Below, in pieces: positions 49,439 through 59,496 of a stretch of 64,000 bases of DNA (within the stretch, counting starts at the first letter, position 1; every line of letters begins with the position of its first letter). This stretch comes from Candidatus Bathyarchaeia archaeon. Lineage in GTDB: Archaea; Thermoproteota; Bathyarchaeia; 40CM-2-53-6. The stretch covers positions 800,001 to 864,000 of the forward strand of contig JBEKVV010000001.1 in the NCBI GenBank assembly GCA_049513715.1, in the 5' to 3' direction. The translations under genes and the position numbers were made by a program. The notes below the pieces were generated by a model. That model was not told where the DNA came from and did not search any database. It saw nothing but the letters and a program-made list of their open reading frames with translations.

Positions 49439-50212
49439 ATGCCAATCCCTCTCTTAGAACGTTCATCGAAAGAGATTTCGCAAATCATCAAATCCTCTAT
49501 CGAAGACCTCCCGGATGTTAGGGGAGTTCGACACGTAAGTGTCCGGCTGACTGGCAAAAGGTTGGATATCACAGCCCACGTTTTTCTTGATAACAGTCTG
49601 CGATTCGAGGACATTCATCGAATCGTTTCGGGAATCGAGCGGCAGATAAGAAGCAAAGTCCAGAGAATCGCCCGCATCACTGTGCAAACGGAGCCAGCAG
49701 GCCATGCGCGAACAGGCCTCGCAACATTGGTATCAGAAATAGCTGAAAACGTCCCAGGTTCACGAGGTGTTCATAATGTCTACATCCAAAAAGTCAATGG
49801 CAAGGTGTGCGTCGACTTACGTCTCGAGGTAAGCGCGAACACCACTGTGAAACAAGCCCATGAAATATCAAAAGAGGTGGAGAAGCGTTTGAAGGGAGCC
49901 AACCCTCACGTATCAGAAGTCACTATTCATTTGGAATCCGCATCAGACTTGGTATCTCGGGAATTGGAGGGACACGGAACTGAGCTTCGATGGTACATTG
50001 AACACACTGCGAAAAAGTTCCCAGAAATAAAAGCCGTTCACGGCGTGAAAATCCGCAGGAGCGGCAACACTCTACGAGCCGTGCTCAGATGCCGCTTCGA
50101 TCCGAGTATGAGCATAAAGCAGGCCCATGATATTTCGCTCAAACTTGAGAAGACCGTGAAAAGCGCATACCCAGTCCTTGACGACTTAGAAGTGCTCCAA
50201 GAACCAGCGTAA
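49439..50212 (+). CDS. Stand-alone triple cation-efflux (CDF) C-terminal domain protein
   Basis: Three repeats of V..VH.V....V..AH.I...E.....V.IH.EP; no TM segment. Confidence 0.8.
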   Translation: MPIPLLERSSKEISQIIKSSIEDLPDVRGVRHVSVRLTGKRLDITAHVFLDNSLRFEDIHRIVSGIERQIRSKVQRIARITVQTEPAGHARTGLATLVSEIAENVPGSRGVHNVYIQKVNGKVCVDLRLEVSANTTVKQAHEISKEVEKRLKGANPHVSEVTIHLESASDLVSRELEGHGTELRWYIEHTAKKFPEIKAVHGVKIRRSGNTLRAVLRCRFDPSMSIKQAHDISLKLEKTVKSAYPVLDDLEVLQEPA

Positions 50213-50279
50213 CGACTAGCGGCCGAGCCCGGATGGAAGGGTAGCGTAATTCCTAAATTCTGCGCGTTTTGCCTCATGA

Positions 50280-52880
50280 ATCGCTGGGGCGGATGAGACG
50301 TCGGAAAATAAGCGTCGAACGACGGCTATCCGCAAGGACTACTGGTCCAAACCTGTAACAGATGTCTTCAGGAACCTTGAGACCAGTGAGCAGGGGTTAT
50401 CCGAACAGGAAGCGCAAAACCGCCTTAGAACCTATGGTTACAACGAGATACCAACGCATGCATTTAGCTCGATAAAGATTCTCGTCAGGCAATTCAAGAA
50501 TCCATTGTTTTTCATACTCCTCATCGCTGCAATCGTAGCTGGGTTCTTCGACACTCGACAGTCAGCTGTCATAATCGCGATGATCGCGTTGAGCGTTGTT
50601 TTGGGATTCTATAACGAATACAGAGCGGAAAAAATCATCGAAGACCTCAGGCAAAAAGTATCTCTAAGGGCATTGGTAATAAGGAATGGAAAACCTGTCC
50701 AAATCGACTCCAAGTTCCTTACTCCAGGAGACGTGGTTTCTCTTTACGTAGGAGACATTGTCCCCTCCGATATGCGAATAATCGATTGCAAGGACCTCGA
50801 GGTGAACGAAGCTGTTCTGACAGGCGAGTCATTTCCGACGGAAAAGACCTCCGCGATCTTGCAGGTTGAAAATCCCATTCCGCAGCAGTTGACGAATTAC
50901 ACGTTCATGGGAACGGTTATCGTTCATGGAACCGGGCGCGGCGTAGTGGTGGCTACCGGGAAACAAACGGAGTTTGGCTCTATTTCTAGAAGCCTAGCCC
51001 GTACTCGTCCTGCAACAGAATTCCAACGGGGAGTACGCAAGTACGGTAACATGCTAATCACGTTGACTCTGGCGCTTGTAGTAGGAATCTTCGCGTTTAA
51101 CGCGCTCCTTGGGCACCCGATCATTGAATCTCTTCTTTTCTCTCTTGCGGTCGCCGTTGGGCTCGTTCCAGAACTCATGCCAGCAATCGTGACCATCAGC
51201 CTGTCACAAGCAGCACGAAATATGGCTAAGAGCAGAGTTGTCGTAAAACGTCAGGTCTCGATCGAAGACTTCGGAAACATGGATGTTCTCTGCACTGACA
51301 AAACGGGTACGCTCACGAGCGGAAAAATAGGAGTTAAGGACTACTGGGCACCGAACGGAACCGGCGACCAGAGGATTCTCCAGTATTCTATGGTATGTAA
51401 CAGTGCGGCCGTTGGAACCGAAGAAATCACTGGCAATCCAATGGACGTTGCCATTTTGGAATATGCGACAAAAGGCGGCATTCAAAAGGACGCGAAATTA
51501 GCCACAGTCATTGACGAGATACCATTTGATTATCAGAGACGAATGATGTCAACGGCTATCAAGAACGGGCCGAGAACGCTGCTAATTACAAAGGGAGCCC
51601 CGGAATCTGTTCTCTCCAAGTGTGAGGATGCCGAAACTACCGATGGAATCAAACCTATGGAATCCGTTCGTCAATTAGTTGAAGCTAAGCTCGTTGAACA
51701 GTCCAGCGCAGGATACCGTACTATCGCGGTTGCTTACCGGAGCGTGGAGCCTAAGCCGTCTTATTCAGTCGATGACGAATCCAAACTAACCCTTCTTGGT
51801 TTTCTTACCTTCACGGATCCGCCCAAACAAGATGCTCGTCAAGCGCTCGACAAGCTGAAGGCCATGGGAGTTGACGTGAAGATCCTTACCGGGGACAACG
51901 AATTAGTCGCTGTGAAAATCTGTGAAGAGTTAGGCGTCCCGGTTTACCATGTGGTGCGCGGTTCAGAATTAACTCAAATGACCTCAACCGAAATCAGAAC
52001 TGCCGTCGAGGAAGCTACGATTTTCGCACGCATAACACCAGAGCAAAAGCTCGACATCATAAAGGCCCTAAAAATGAACAAACACGTCGTTGGCTTCATG
52101 GGCGACGGAGTGAATGACGCGCCCGCTTTATTCGAAGCAGACGTAGGACTATCTGTTGATTCCGGAGTCGATGTTGCCAAGGATGCAGCGGACATCGTTC
52201 TACTCGACAAGGACCTCCTTGTCTTGGCTAACGGCATCGAAGAGGGCCGAAAAGTCTTCGGCAATGTGACAAAGTACATCCTGATGGGTACGAGCTCCAA
52301 CTTCGGGAACATGTTCAGCGCGGCAGCCGCTTCACTATTCCTCCCAGGTTTTCTCCCAATGTTGCCCATGCAGATCCTGTTCATGAACTTGCTCTATGAC
52401 GTTGCCAACATGACGCTTCCCACCGACATAATTGACGTCGAATTCAAGGAATTGCCAAAGCGTTGGGACATAGATTTCGTTCGGAAGTTCACACTGTTCT
52501 TTGGCCCGTTCAGCTCTCTCTACGACTTCCTAACTTTCGGAATCATGCTTTTCATATTTGGAGCGACATCGGCGGCATCGGCACCACTCTTCCAGACCGG
52601 ATGGTTTGTTGAATCATTTTGGACAGAGGTCCTTGTTATCTTTGTGATACGAACGAGGAGAATACCATTCATCAAGAGTCGCCCAGGAAAATGGCTCACT
52701 ATACTGACATTATCAGCAGTGGCCTTTGGAACAATACTGCCATTCACATTCCTAGGTCGTTTTCTAGGGTTTGTATCCCTTCCCGCCGAATATTGGGTCC
52801 TCTTGGTTCTTATGGTGGCAACGTATCTTCTGCTCGTGGACGCCGGGAAGGTGTTCTTCTACAAAGTATGCAAGTTCTGA
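50280..52880 (+). CDS. mgtA: Magnesium-translocating P-type ATPase (MgtA-like), start ambiguous
   Basis: TGES, DKTGT, KGAPE, GDGVND, SSNFGNMFS and NLLYD; the N-domain YWSK...GLSEQEAQNRL lies in frame upstream of the track start 50505. Confidence 0.9.
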   Translation: MAGADETSENKRRTTAIRKDYWSKPVTDVFRNLETSEQGLSEQEAQNRLRTYGYNEIPTHAFSSIKILVRQFKNPLFFILLIAAIVAGFFDTRQSAVIIAMIALSVVLGFYNEYRAEKIIEDLRQKVSLRALVIRNGKPVQIDSKFLTPGDVVSLYVGDIVPSDMRIIDCKDLEVNEAVLTGESFPTEKTSAILQVENPIPQQLTNYTFMGTVIVHGTGRGVVVATGKQTEFGSISRSLARTRPATEFQRGVRKYGNMLITLTLALVVGIFAFNALLGHPIIESLLFSLAVAVGLVPELMPAIVTISLSQAARNMAKSRVVVKRQVSIEDFGNMDVLCTDKTGTLTSGKIGVKDYWAPNGTGDQRILQYSMVCNSAAVGTEEITGNPMDVAILEYATKGGIQKDAKLATVIDEIPFDYQRRMMSTAIKNGPRTLLITKGAPESVLSKCEDAETTDGIKPMESVRQLVEAKLVEQSSAGYRTIAVAYRSVEPKPSYSVDDESKLTLLGFLTFTDPPKQDARQALDKLKAMGVDVKILTGDNELVAVKICEELGVPVYHVVRGSELTQMTSTEIRTAVEEATIFARITPEQKLDIIKALKMNKHVVGFMGDGVNDAPALFEADVGLSVDSGVDVAKDAADIVLLDKDLLVLANGIEEGRKVFGNVTKYILMGTSSNFGNMFSAAAASLFLPGFLPMLPMQILFMNLLYDVANMTLPTDIIDVEFKELPKRWDIDFVRKFTLFFGPFSSLYDFLTFGIMLFIFGATSAASAPLFQTGWFVESFWTEVLVIFVIRTRRIPFIKSRPGKWLTILTLSAVAFGTILPFTFLGRFLGFVSLPAEYWVLLVLMVATYLLLVDAGKVFFYKVCKF

Positions 52881-52890
52881 GAGATGACCA

Positions 52891-53181
52891 ATGCAGTCCT
52901 CTAACCTACTCTTCCTATGGGCACTTAGCATCAGCTGGAGCGCGGTTTTCCTGATAGCGGTGAGCGTCTACCTCTATGCCAGAAGAAAGCATCGAACCCC
53001 TGACAAAGCGTCAAGCCATGTGAGAGTCAATGATTTCGTTTTCGTCATCGTGTTGGCGGCACTGCTGGGCCTCTACATCGTCTCAATCTACAGGACCTCA
53101 TCCCTCATCTTTGCAGCGGGCAATATCATCGTCGAAGTAATCTTGGTAGCTTACACGGTCAAGAACAAGAGCGGGACTTAG
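52891..53181 (+). CDS. Small 3-TM membrane protein
   Basis: 96 aa, hydrophobic; 10 nt downstream of mgtA. Confidence 0.7.
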   Translation: MQSSNLLFLWALSISWSAVFLIAVSVYLYARRKHRTPDKASSHVRVNDFVFVIVLAALLGLYIVSIYRTSSLIFAAGNIIVEVILVAYTVKNKSGT

Positions 53182-53226
53182 CCTCACGACAATCTCTGCA
53201 GAGCAGCGTCTACAGCGAGCGTGCCA

Positions 53227-53403
53227 CTACCGTGCCTTGATGTGTTTCACGATTGGTGGTCGCGATTTTCGAAGGACGCGGTATCCGCAGAAAGGGCATT
53301 TGATTTCAGGGGTCATGGACAGCTGCTCCGCGGTCAAGTGTTGGCCACAACTGATGCATTCATACATTATTCCCGCGGGACGCTGTTCTGGACTTTCAGA
53401 CAT
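53227..53403 (-). CDS. rpoP: RNA polymerase subunit Rpo12 (RpoP)
   Basis: YECISCG...IKCPFCGYRVLRKSRPPIVKHIKAR. Confidence 0.93.
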   Translation of the reverse strand: MSESPEQRPAGIMYECISCGQHLTAEQLSMTPEIKCPFCGYRVLRKSRPPIVKHIKAR

Positions 53404-53457
53404 CTGCGTAACCTGTATGGCCAATGTTTGCGATTCCAATTAAACCTTTGGCGTCTC

Positions 53458-54663
53458 TTAGCTATGCTTTTTCATGAATTGTTCGATTGCGTCAAATGCT
53501 TCTCCCAACATCTTCTCGTCGGGGAGAAAGACAGCCCTGAAGTGGTCTTTGCCGTAGATAGGGTCAAACCCTGAACCGTGAACCACCAGTACCCCTGTCT
53601 CCTTGAGCAACTCGTTCACAAACTGTTCGTCGCTCTTCCATTTCCCGCCAAGGGCAACTTTCGGAAAGATATAGAACGCGCCGACCGGTTTTGCCGCACT
53701 CAGCCCAGGTATCTCGTTGACTCGCTTCCAAGAAAAGTCGCGACGCTGTCTCAATTTGGAGACCATGTCCTTGATGTGGCCTTGCGGCCCACGCAGCGCC
53801 TCAACTGCTGCAAATTGCACAGGAGTACTAGCGCATAATCGGACACGAGATAGTCTTTGGATTCCGTCCCAGACGTTGGCTAGTCTGCCATCAACGTCCT
53901 GCACATAGATGTATCCCATTCGCCAACCAGTCATCAAGTATGCTTTCGAGAACCCGTTCAGGCCAATCAAAGGGACATCTTTGGCTAGAGACGATACGCT
54001 GGTGAATGCCCCGTCGTAGATGATGCGGTCGTAGATCTCGTCGGCGGCGACAATGAGATTGTGGGAGGAAGCCAGCTCAAGCATCTCAGCAATTTCGCTC
54101 TTCGAATAGACGGACCCACACGGATTATTTGGGTTGACAATCACGAGAAGACGTGTTCGCTTGGTTATCTTAGATTTCAAGTCAGCAATGTCCGGCGCCC
54201 AGCCCTTCTCCTCTACGGTCCTGTAGGTCACAGCTTTTCCATCAAAGAATTTCGCATACGCCATGTAAGGCGAATAGCAAGGTCCAGGCATCAGCACCTC
54301 GTCGCCGGGGTTAACTATCGATGCCATTAAGAACGTGATTGCCTCGGATATTCCAGTCGTGACAATGACATTGTCGGCGCCAATGTGCGCCCCGTTCACT
54401 TTGTTTTCTTTCTCAGCGACCGCTTCTCTGAGTTCCTTCAAACCTTCCGAAGATGAGTAGTAGTTTTGGCCTCCTTCAATCGCCTTTTCGAGCGCGCGTT
54501 TGATGTGTGTGGGTGTGTCGAACCCATATTTCACCGGATCTCCAATGTTCAGGTAAAGTATCTTCTTCCCGCTCTTTCGGACTTCTTCCGCTTTGACCAT
54601 GACGTCGCGAATTGCGTATTCTACTCCTTGGGCGCGTTTTGATGCTTCAAAATTGCGCGGCAT
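53458..54663 (-). CDS. PLP-dependent class I/II aminotransferase (alanine aminotransferase-like)
   Basis: YAIRD, LNIGDP, NPNNP, DEIYD and GFSKAYLMTGWRMG. Confidence 0.92.
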   Translation of the reverse strand: MPRNFEASKRAQGVEYAIRDVMVKAEEVRKSGKKILYLNIGDPVKYGFDTPTHIKRALEKAIEGGQNYYSSSEGLKELREAVAEKENKVNGAHIGADNVIVTTGISEAITFLMASIVNPGDEVLMPGPCYSPYMAYAKFFDGKAVTYRTVEEKGWAPDIADLKSKITKRTRLLVIVNPNNPCGSVYSKSEIAEMLELASSHNLIVAADEIYDRIIYDGAFTSVSSLAKDVPLIGLNGFSKAYLMTGWRMGYIYVQDVDGRLANVWDGIQRLSRVRLCASTPVQFAAVEALRGPQGHIKDMVSKLRQRRDFSWKRVNEIPGLSAAKPVGAFYIFPKVALGGKWKSDEQFVNELLKETGVLVVHGSGFDPIYGKDHFRAVFLPDEKMLGEAFDAIEQFMKKHS

Positions 54664-54838
54664 CGTTTGGACCCGCGGCCGGTATCGGCGGCCGTATTTA
54701 ATAGGGTTCTTTCGTGTTTTCGAAACAGAGCTTTAGCGCGGCACTCACTCGACATCGCCTATGCCAATCAGAGTTGCAGCCGTTCAGTTCGATGAGGACA
54801 GCATTCATACGTTTGTGTAGTAGAGCGGGTCCCAACTC

Positions 54839-54931
54839 TTAGGGATAGAGTGCGAGGAGTAAGAGTGGGGCTACTGCAAGCGTTATTGTGTTGAGCAGTT
54901 TGACCACAACGTGAAGTGACGGTCCCGCTGT
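54839..54931 (-). pseudogene. 3' remnant of a second membrane pyrophosphatase gene
   Basis: TAGPSLHVVVKLLNTITLAVAPLLLLALYP* aligns to hppA TAGPALNPMIKVVNLISLIIAPII. Confidence 0.75.
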
Positions 54932-55019
54932 GCTTGTGATCGCGAACTTCGCGTTGGGTCACGCATTACTTTAAGGGAAACGAGAACCGGCGCGGGCGCC
55001 GGGGAATTGGATGGTCGTG

Positions 55020-57326
55020 TCACTTGATTTGTTCGAGAACGTCCGGGCGTCCCTTTCGCGCGGCTTCCTCAGGTGCAACTTCGTGTTTGCTTCGGCGCAA
55101 AGCCCATCCTGCAAGCCCCAGGAGTATTACTGCGACGATGGATGCGTACCAGCTGCCTCGAACGGCTACTATGATTGGGGCAATGATGAGTGAGATCAGG
55201 TTCACGACTTTGATCATGGGGTTCAGTGCTGGACCTGCTGTGTCTTTCAGTGGGTCGCCTACGGTGTCTCCTACGACGCTTGCTTTGTGGCGCTCGCTGC
55301 CTTTGCCTGTGTTTGCGGCTAGGTCGCGGGGTTCGTCTTCGATGGTTTTCTTGGCGTTGTCCCATGCACCGCCTGCGTTGGCCATGAAGACCGCTAGGAG
55401 TTGGCCGGACACGATTATACCAGCCAAGAAGCCGCCTAAGGCTTCAACTTGGAGTAGAAGGCCCACTATTATTGGGATTGTCATGGCTATGATGGCGAGA
55501 GGGACGAGTTCTTTCTGCGCGGCCGCTGTCGAAATTCCAACGACGTTTCGGTAGTCCGGTTGAACCGTACCTTCCATGACGCCGGGTATTCGGAATTGGC
55601 GTCGGACTTCTTCCACGATCAGTTTAGCGGCCCTTGAGACGGCTCGGATCGATAAGGAGCTGAAGAGCCAAGGCAGTGCACCTCCCAGTAGCAATCCGAT
55701 GAACACTGGTAGGCTGGATATACTGATGGCTTGGAGCCTTGTGGCGGTGATGTAGGATGCGAAGAGTGAGACCGCCGCGATCACTGCCGATGCTATGGCG
55801 ACGCCTTTCGTTATGGCTTTGGTTGTGTTACCTACTGCGTCCAGGTCGGCCATGATTTGTCGGCCGCGTTTGGTTTCTTCGTCGTCCATGTCGTGCCATG
55901 CCATCTCTCCGATTCCGTTGGCGTTGTCGCTGATGGGTCCGTAGGAGTCCATGGCCACGTTGTTACCCGTCTGGCTTAGCATGCCGATTCCAATCATTGC
56001 GATGGCGTATAGTGTGTAGATGCTGCCGTTCTCAACCGGGAAGAGGAGTAGAGCGAGAACGAAACTGATGACGATGAGTAGGAGCGCCCAGACTGATGAT
56101 TCGTAGCCGCTTGCTAGACCGGAGAGGATTGTGGTGGCTGGACCTGCGCGGGTGGATTTCACAATATCGTTGACGGGGGCCTTGTTGGTGGCGGTGAAGT
56201 ATGATGTGAGCGGGTTAAAGCTGACAGCGAGCCCGACGCCGATGGTGATCAGCGCGGCCAACCGCCAGTCGTTAGCGTACCAAAGCGCCACAACGAATGA
56301 CCAGAAGATTGTGTTGATGCTTGAGATCTCGTAGGAACGGAACATTGCATCCTCTGCGTTTTGTGCTCTTAGGAATTTGATGGGAAAGCGCGACCATATG
56401 GGAACTGAAAAGGTGCCTATGATTGAGGATATGACGCCTATTCCTCTAATGATGAGTGGGAAGAGGATCCACATGATCCTGTGGAGTGGATCAATAGCCA
56501 TTATTGCAACGCCAAGAATCAACGCGGATACGATTGTGACCTCGTAGGATTCGAAAATGTCGGCGGCCATGCCTGCGCAGTCGCCCACGTTATCACCCAC
56601 CAAGTCCGCGACGACCGCTGCGTTCCTTGGGTCATCTTCCGGAATGTCTTTCTCAACTTTACCGACCAGGTCGGCGCCTACGTCTGCGGCTTTGGTGTAG
56701 ATCCCGCCGCCAACTCGCATGAATAGTGCCAGAAGTGTGCCGCCGAATCCGAAGCCTAGTAGCGCGTCTGGTGCGGCGCGGCCAAAGATGATGAAGATTG
56801 TTGTTCCGCCCAGTAGGCCGAGCCCGTCGGTTAGCATACCGGTTATTGTTCCGGCCTGATAGGCGATTGTGAGTGATTCGTTTAAGCTTCTTCGGGATGC
56901 GGAGGCTACTCGGACGTTTGCCTGCACAGCCATCCTCATGCCGTATTGGCCGACAGTTAAGCTGAAGATTGCGCCGAGCACGAATGCGAGCATTCTGCCA
57001 ACAGCGATTATGATCTTCGCGTTGTTGCCGAAGACCTGTATTGCTTCTGTTGTGGGTGAGACAACGTAGACGCTGAAGAAGAGCACTACCGCGAGAACTC
57101 CGATCAGCGGAAGGATTGTGCGGAGTTGGCGGTTCAGGTATGCGTCGGCTCCGACTCGGATCGCGTTCCAGACCTCTTGCATCTTGGCGGTGCCCTTATC
57201 TTTTCTGAGCACATTCCCGCGCAGCCACAAAGCATAGAGTAGGCTGAGTATGGCGATGCCGACGATTGCCCAAGGGGCTATTGTTTCGAAAGTTGCCAGG
57301 TTCATTCCGAGCACGGTGAAGCCCAC
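55020..57326 (-). CDS. hppA: Membrane-bound H+-translocating pyrophosphatase, K+-independent type
   Basis: DVGADLVGKVE, DNVGD, GNTTKA (Lys determinant), GGAWDNAKK and GDTVGDPLKDTAGP. Confidence 0.95.
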   Translation of the reverse strand: MGFTVLGMNLATFETIAPWAIVGIAILSLLYALWLRGNVLRKDKGTAKMQEVWNAIRVGADAYLNRQLRTILPLIGVLAVVLFFSVYVVSPTTEAIQVFGNNAKIIIAVGRMLAFVLGAIFSLTVGQYGMRMAVQANVRVASASRRSLNESLTIAYQAGTITGMLTDGLGLLGGTTIFIIFGRAAPDALLGFGFGGTLLALFMRVGGGIYTKAADVGADLVGKVEKDIPEDDPRNAAVVADLVGDNVGDCAGMAADIFESYEVTIVSALILGVAIMAIDPLHRIMWILFPLIIRGIGVISSIIGTFSVPIWSRFPIKFLRAQNAEDAMFRSYEISSINTIFWSFVVALWYANDWRLAALITIGVGLAVSFNPLTSYFTATNKAPVNDIVKSTRAGPATTILSGLASGYESSVWALLLIVISFVLALLLFPVENGSIYTLYAIAMIGIGMLSQTGNNVAMDSYGPISDNANGIGEMAWHDMDDEETKRGRQIMADLDAVGNTTKAITKGVAIASAVIAAVSLFASYITATRLQAISISSLPVFIGLLLGGALPWLFSSLSIRAVSRAAKLIVEEVRRQFRIPGVMEGTVQPDYRNVVGISTAAAQKELVPLAIIAMTIPIIVGLLLQVEALGGFLAGIIVSGQLLAVFMANAGGAWDNAKKTIEDEPRDLAANTGKGSERHKASVVGDTVGDPLKDTAGPALNPMIKVVNLISLIIAPIIVAVRGSWYASIVAVILLGLAGWALRRSKHEVAPEEAARKGRPDVLEQIK

Positions 57327-57432
57327 AATCTCCTTGATATTTCAGATTTCGATTCGTGCCAAGGAGTATTACGTTATTTAACTATCGCGCTTGGAAGTAA
57401 CCGAACGGAAAGAGTTGTTTTGGTGCGGAAAA

Positions 57433-58209
57433 TTGGCTCGAACAATTAGTGTAATCGGGTTGGAGAATATTGGTTTGGTGAAGGCGGGCGATGATGTTGC
57501 TAAACTGATTCTTGACGCTGCTGCAGCTGAGGGTGTGGGTTTGATGGATGGGGACGTTGTGGTGGTTTCGCAGAAGATCATTTCCAAAGCTGATGGGTTG
57601 CTTGTGGATATTGGAACAGTCAAGCCCAGCGCGAGAGCGAAGGCGATCGCCAAAAGAACGAAGAAGGATCCGCGTTTGGTTGAGCTGGTGTTGAAGGATA
57701 GTGGCAAGGTTTTGCGGGCGGATAGGGATGCGTTGGTGGTGGCTAGGCGGAATGGTTTCATTTGCATAAACGCGGGTGTGGATAAGTCGAATGTGGGCGG
57801 CCGGTTTGTGTATGCGCGGTTGCCGTTGGACTCGGATAAGTCGGCGTGTGAGTTGAGAGCGGGTTTGGAACGGTTGAGTGGAAGGCGGTTGGCGGTGATT
57901 GTTGGGGATACGTATAGCCGTCCGCTTCGGGTTGGGCAGGTTGAGTTTGCGATTGGGTTGTCTGGAATCGAGCCGATCGTTGATTACCGGGGGCGAAAGG
58001 ATTTGTTCGGTTACGAGTTGCGGTTCAAGTACGTGGGGTTGGCGGATGAGGTGGCTGCGGCTGCGGAGTTGGTGATGGGACAGGGAACGGAGGGGATTCC
58101 GGTGGCTATTGTTCGTGGTTTGACTCGAACGGCTAGGAGCGAGTCGGGGGGGTTGTCGAGGAGGCTTTTGCTTGGGCGGCGGATGGATTTGTTTAGGAGC
58201 ATGCTGTAG
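57433..58209 (+). CDS. cofE: Coenzyme F420-0:L-glutamate ligase
   Basis: GDVVVVSQKIISKA, NAGVDKSN, DTYSRPLR, DLFGYEL and ADEVAAAAELVMG. Confidence 0.92.
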   Translation: MARTISVIGLENIGLVKAGDDVAKLILDAAAAEGVGLMDGDVVVVSQKIISKADGLLVDIGTVKPSARAKAIAKRTKKDPRLVELVLKDSGKVLRADRDALVVARRNGFICINAGVDKSNVGGRFVYARLPLDSDKSACELRAGLERLSGRRLAVIVGDTYSRPLRVGQVEFAIGLSGIEPIVDYRGRKDLFGYELRFKYVGLADEVAAAAELVMGQGTEGIPVAIVRGLTRTARSESGGLSRRLLLGRRMDLFRSML

Positions 58210-58295
58210 GGGGTTGGGTGCGATTATTGTTTGGCTTTGTATTTGTTCGAAAGGCCTTTATTGAGTTGGATGAAGCCTTTTCTTAGGTTTGAGCC

Positions 58296-58595
58296 ATGAG
58301 CGATAACTCTTCGGCCCCGCAGGCGTCGGAGCCTGTGCACATGAGTGAGGACGACAAGTTTCTGGTGGATATTTTCTTGCCGCCGAAGACGATTCCGTCG
58401 CCTAAGGAGTCGTTGGAGGCGGTTAAGGGGTCGGTTAAGGGCAAGATGCTTGCCAAAATGAAGAAGGAGGCTGTTGATTGCCCCGTCAAATTGAAGAAAG
58501 TGTCGTTCTTGGAATGTTTCACGTGCCCTAATTTCAACCGGCGAGTTCGCGGCAAGGTTGGATGCAAAGGCCTGCCGCTTCCCGCACCAGAGTAG
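58296..58595 (+). CDS. Small Cys4 zinc-binding protein, probable relative of 28161..28436
   Basis: CPVKLKKVSFLECFTCPNFNRRVRGKVGC. Confidence 0.75.
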   Translation: MSDNSSAPQASEPVHMSEDDKFLVDIFLPPKTIPSPKESLEAVKGSVKGKMLAKMKKEAVDCPVKLKKVSFLECFTCPNFNRRVRGKVGCKGLPLPAPE

Positions 58596-58789
58596 CCGAT
58601 GACGGGCTCCTTTCGGGGAGCCTCAGTCCCATGCCCCGTTCTTTGTGGTGGAGTCCTTTCCGCGCACACGACGCTCGTCTATCGGTGATTCAATCTCGTG
58701 TGAAGCATTGCATCATCTTCGTTGGGAATATCGGCAAAACCTCTTATTGGTGACGGAGGGTAGAGGGCTTACGTGCGGGATGCGATAGA

Positions 58790-59276
58790 ATGATTCGAGC
58801 ACGGCTCGCGAGACTCCTTGCAGCCGTGTTGGTTGTCACCGTGATCTTATGGTTAGCGCCGAGCGCTCATTCAATCCCCCCCATTCACAATCACGCTGAC
58901 GCCTAACATAGGCGCAGCCGGGACGGCAGTCACAATTGCAGGTTCTCGGCCCAGTCCCGGTGCTCCCAGTCTGGATCATTCCTGCCAAGTATCTTCTGTT
59001 TCTGGCGGCCTAATCTCAAGCCCGACTTGCACCGTGACTCAAACGGCGGGCAATTTTGTCGTGGCCGGGTCTTTCACAGTTGCGAGTGGCGCGAGTCTCG
59101 GGCCGTACACCGTCACCGTCACTGTCACTGCCTCCCTAACTCCTTATGCCTCCGCTTCAGCCTCCTTCACAACCGTTAGTGAGTGTGCTGGATTGAGTGC
59201 GCATGCATGCTTGATCCTAATTCAAGGCGGCTACCGCGACAGCTCAAGAGCAACGCTTGCGGACTTAACGGACTAA
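58790..59276 (+). pseudogene. Secreted Ig-like protein frameshifted in a C7 run (58876-58882)
   Basis: Signal peptide MIRARLARLLAAVLVVTVILWLAPSAHS; removing one C gives IPPFTITLTPNIGAAGTAVTIAG...SFTVASGASLGPYTVTVT. Confidence 0.65.
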
Positions 59277-59496
59277 ACGGCCACGGCTAACCTGGACCCG
59301 TCAACCGAAAAGTAACAGTTCAAATCTAATCCTCCATCAACCCCCCAAAGTTAGCACCGTGAAAGACCCGAATGAACCATCCAATAAGTTAGCAGAACCG
59401 GAGGGGTGATTTTTCGGCCCACGTGGAGGGTCGTGAAGAGCCCGAGGACGTGAAGTCACCGATGGCGCAGAGCCAGCAGGCCCTTACACTTCCTTG

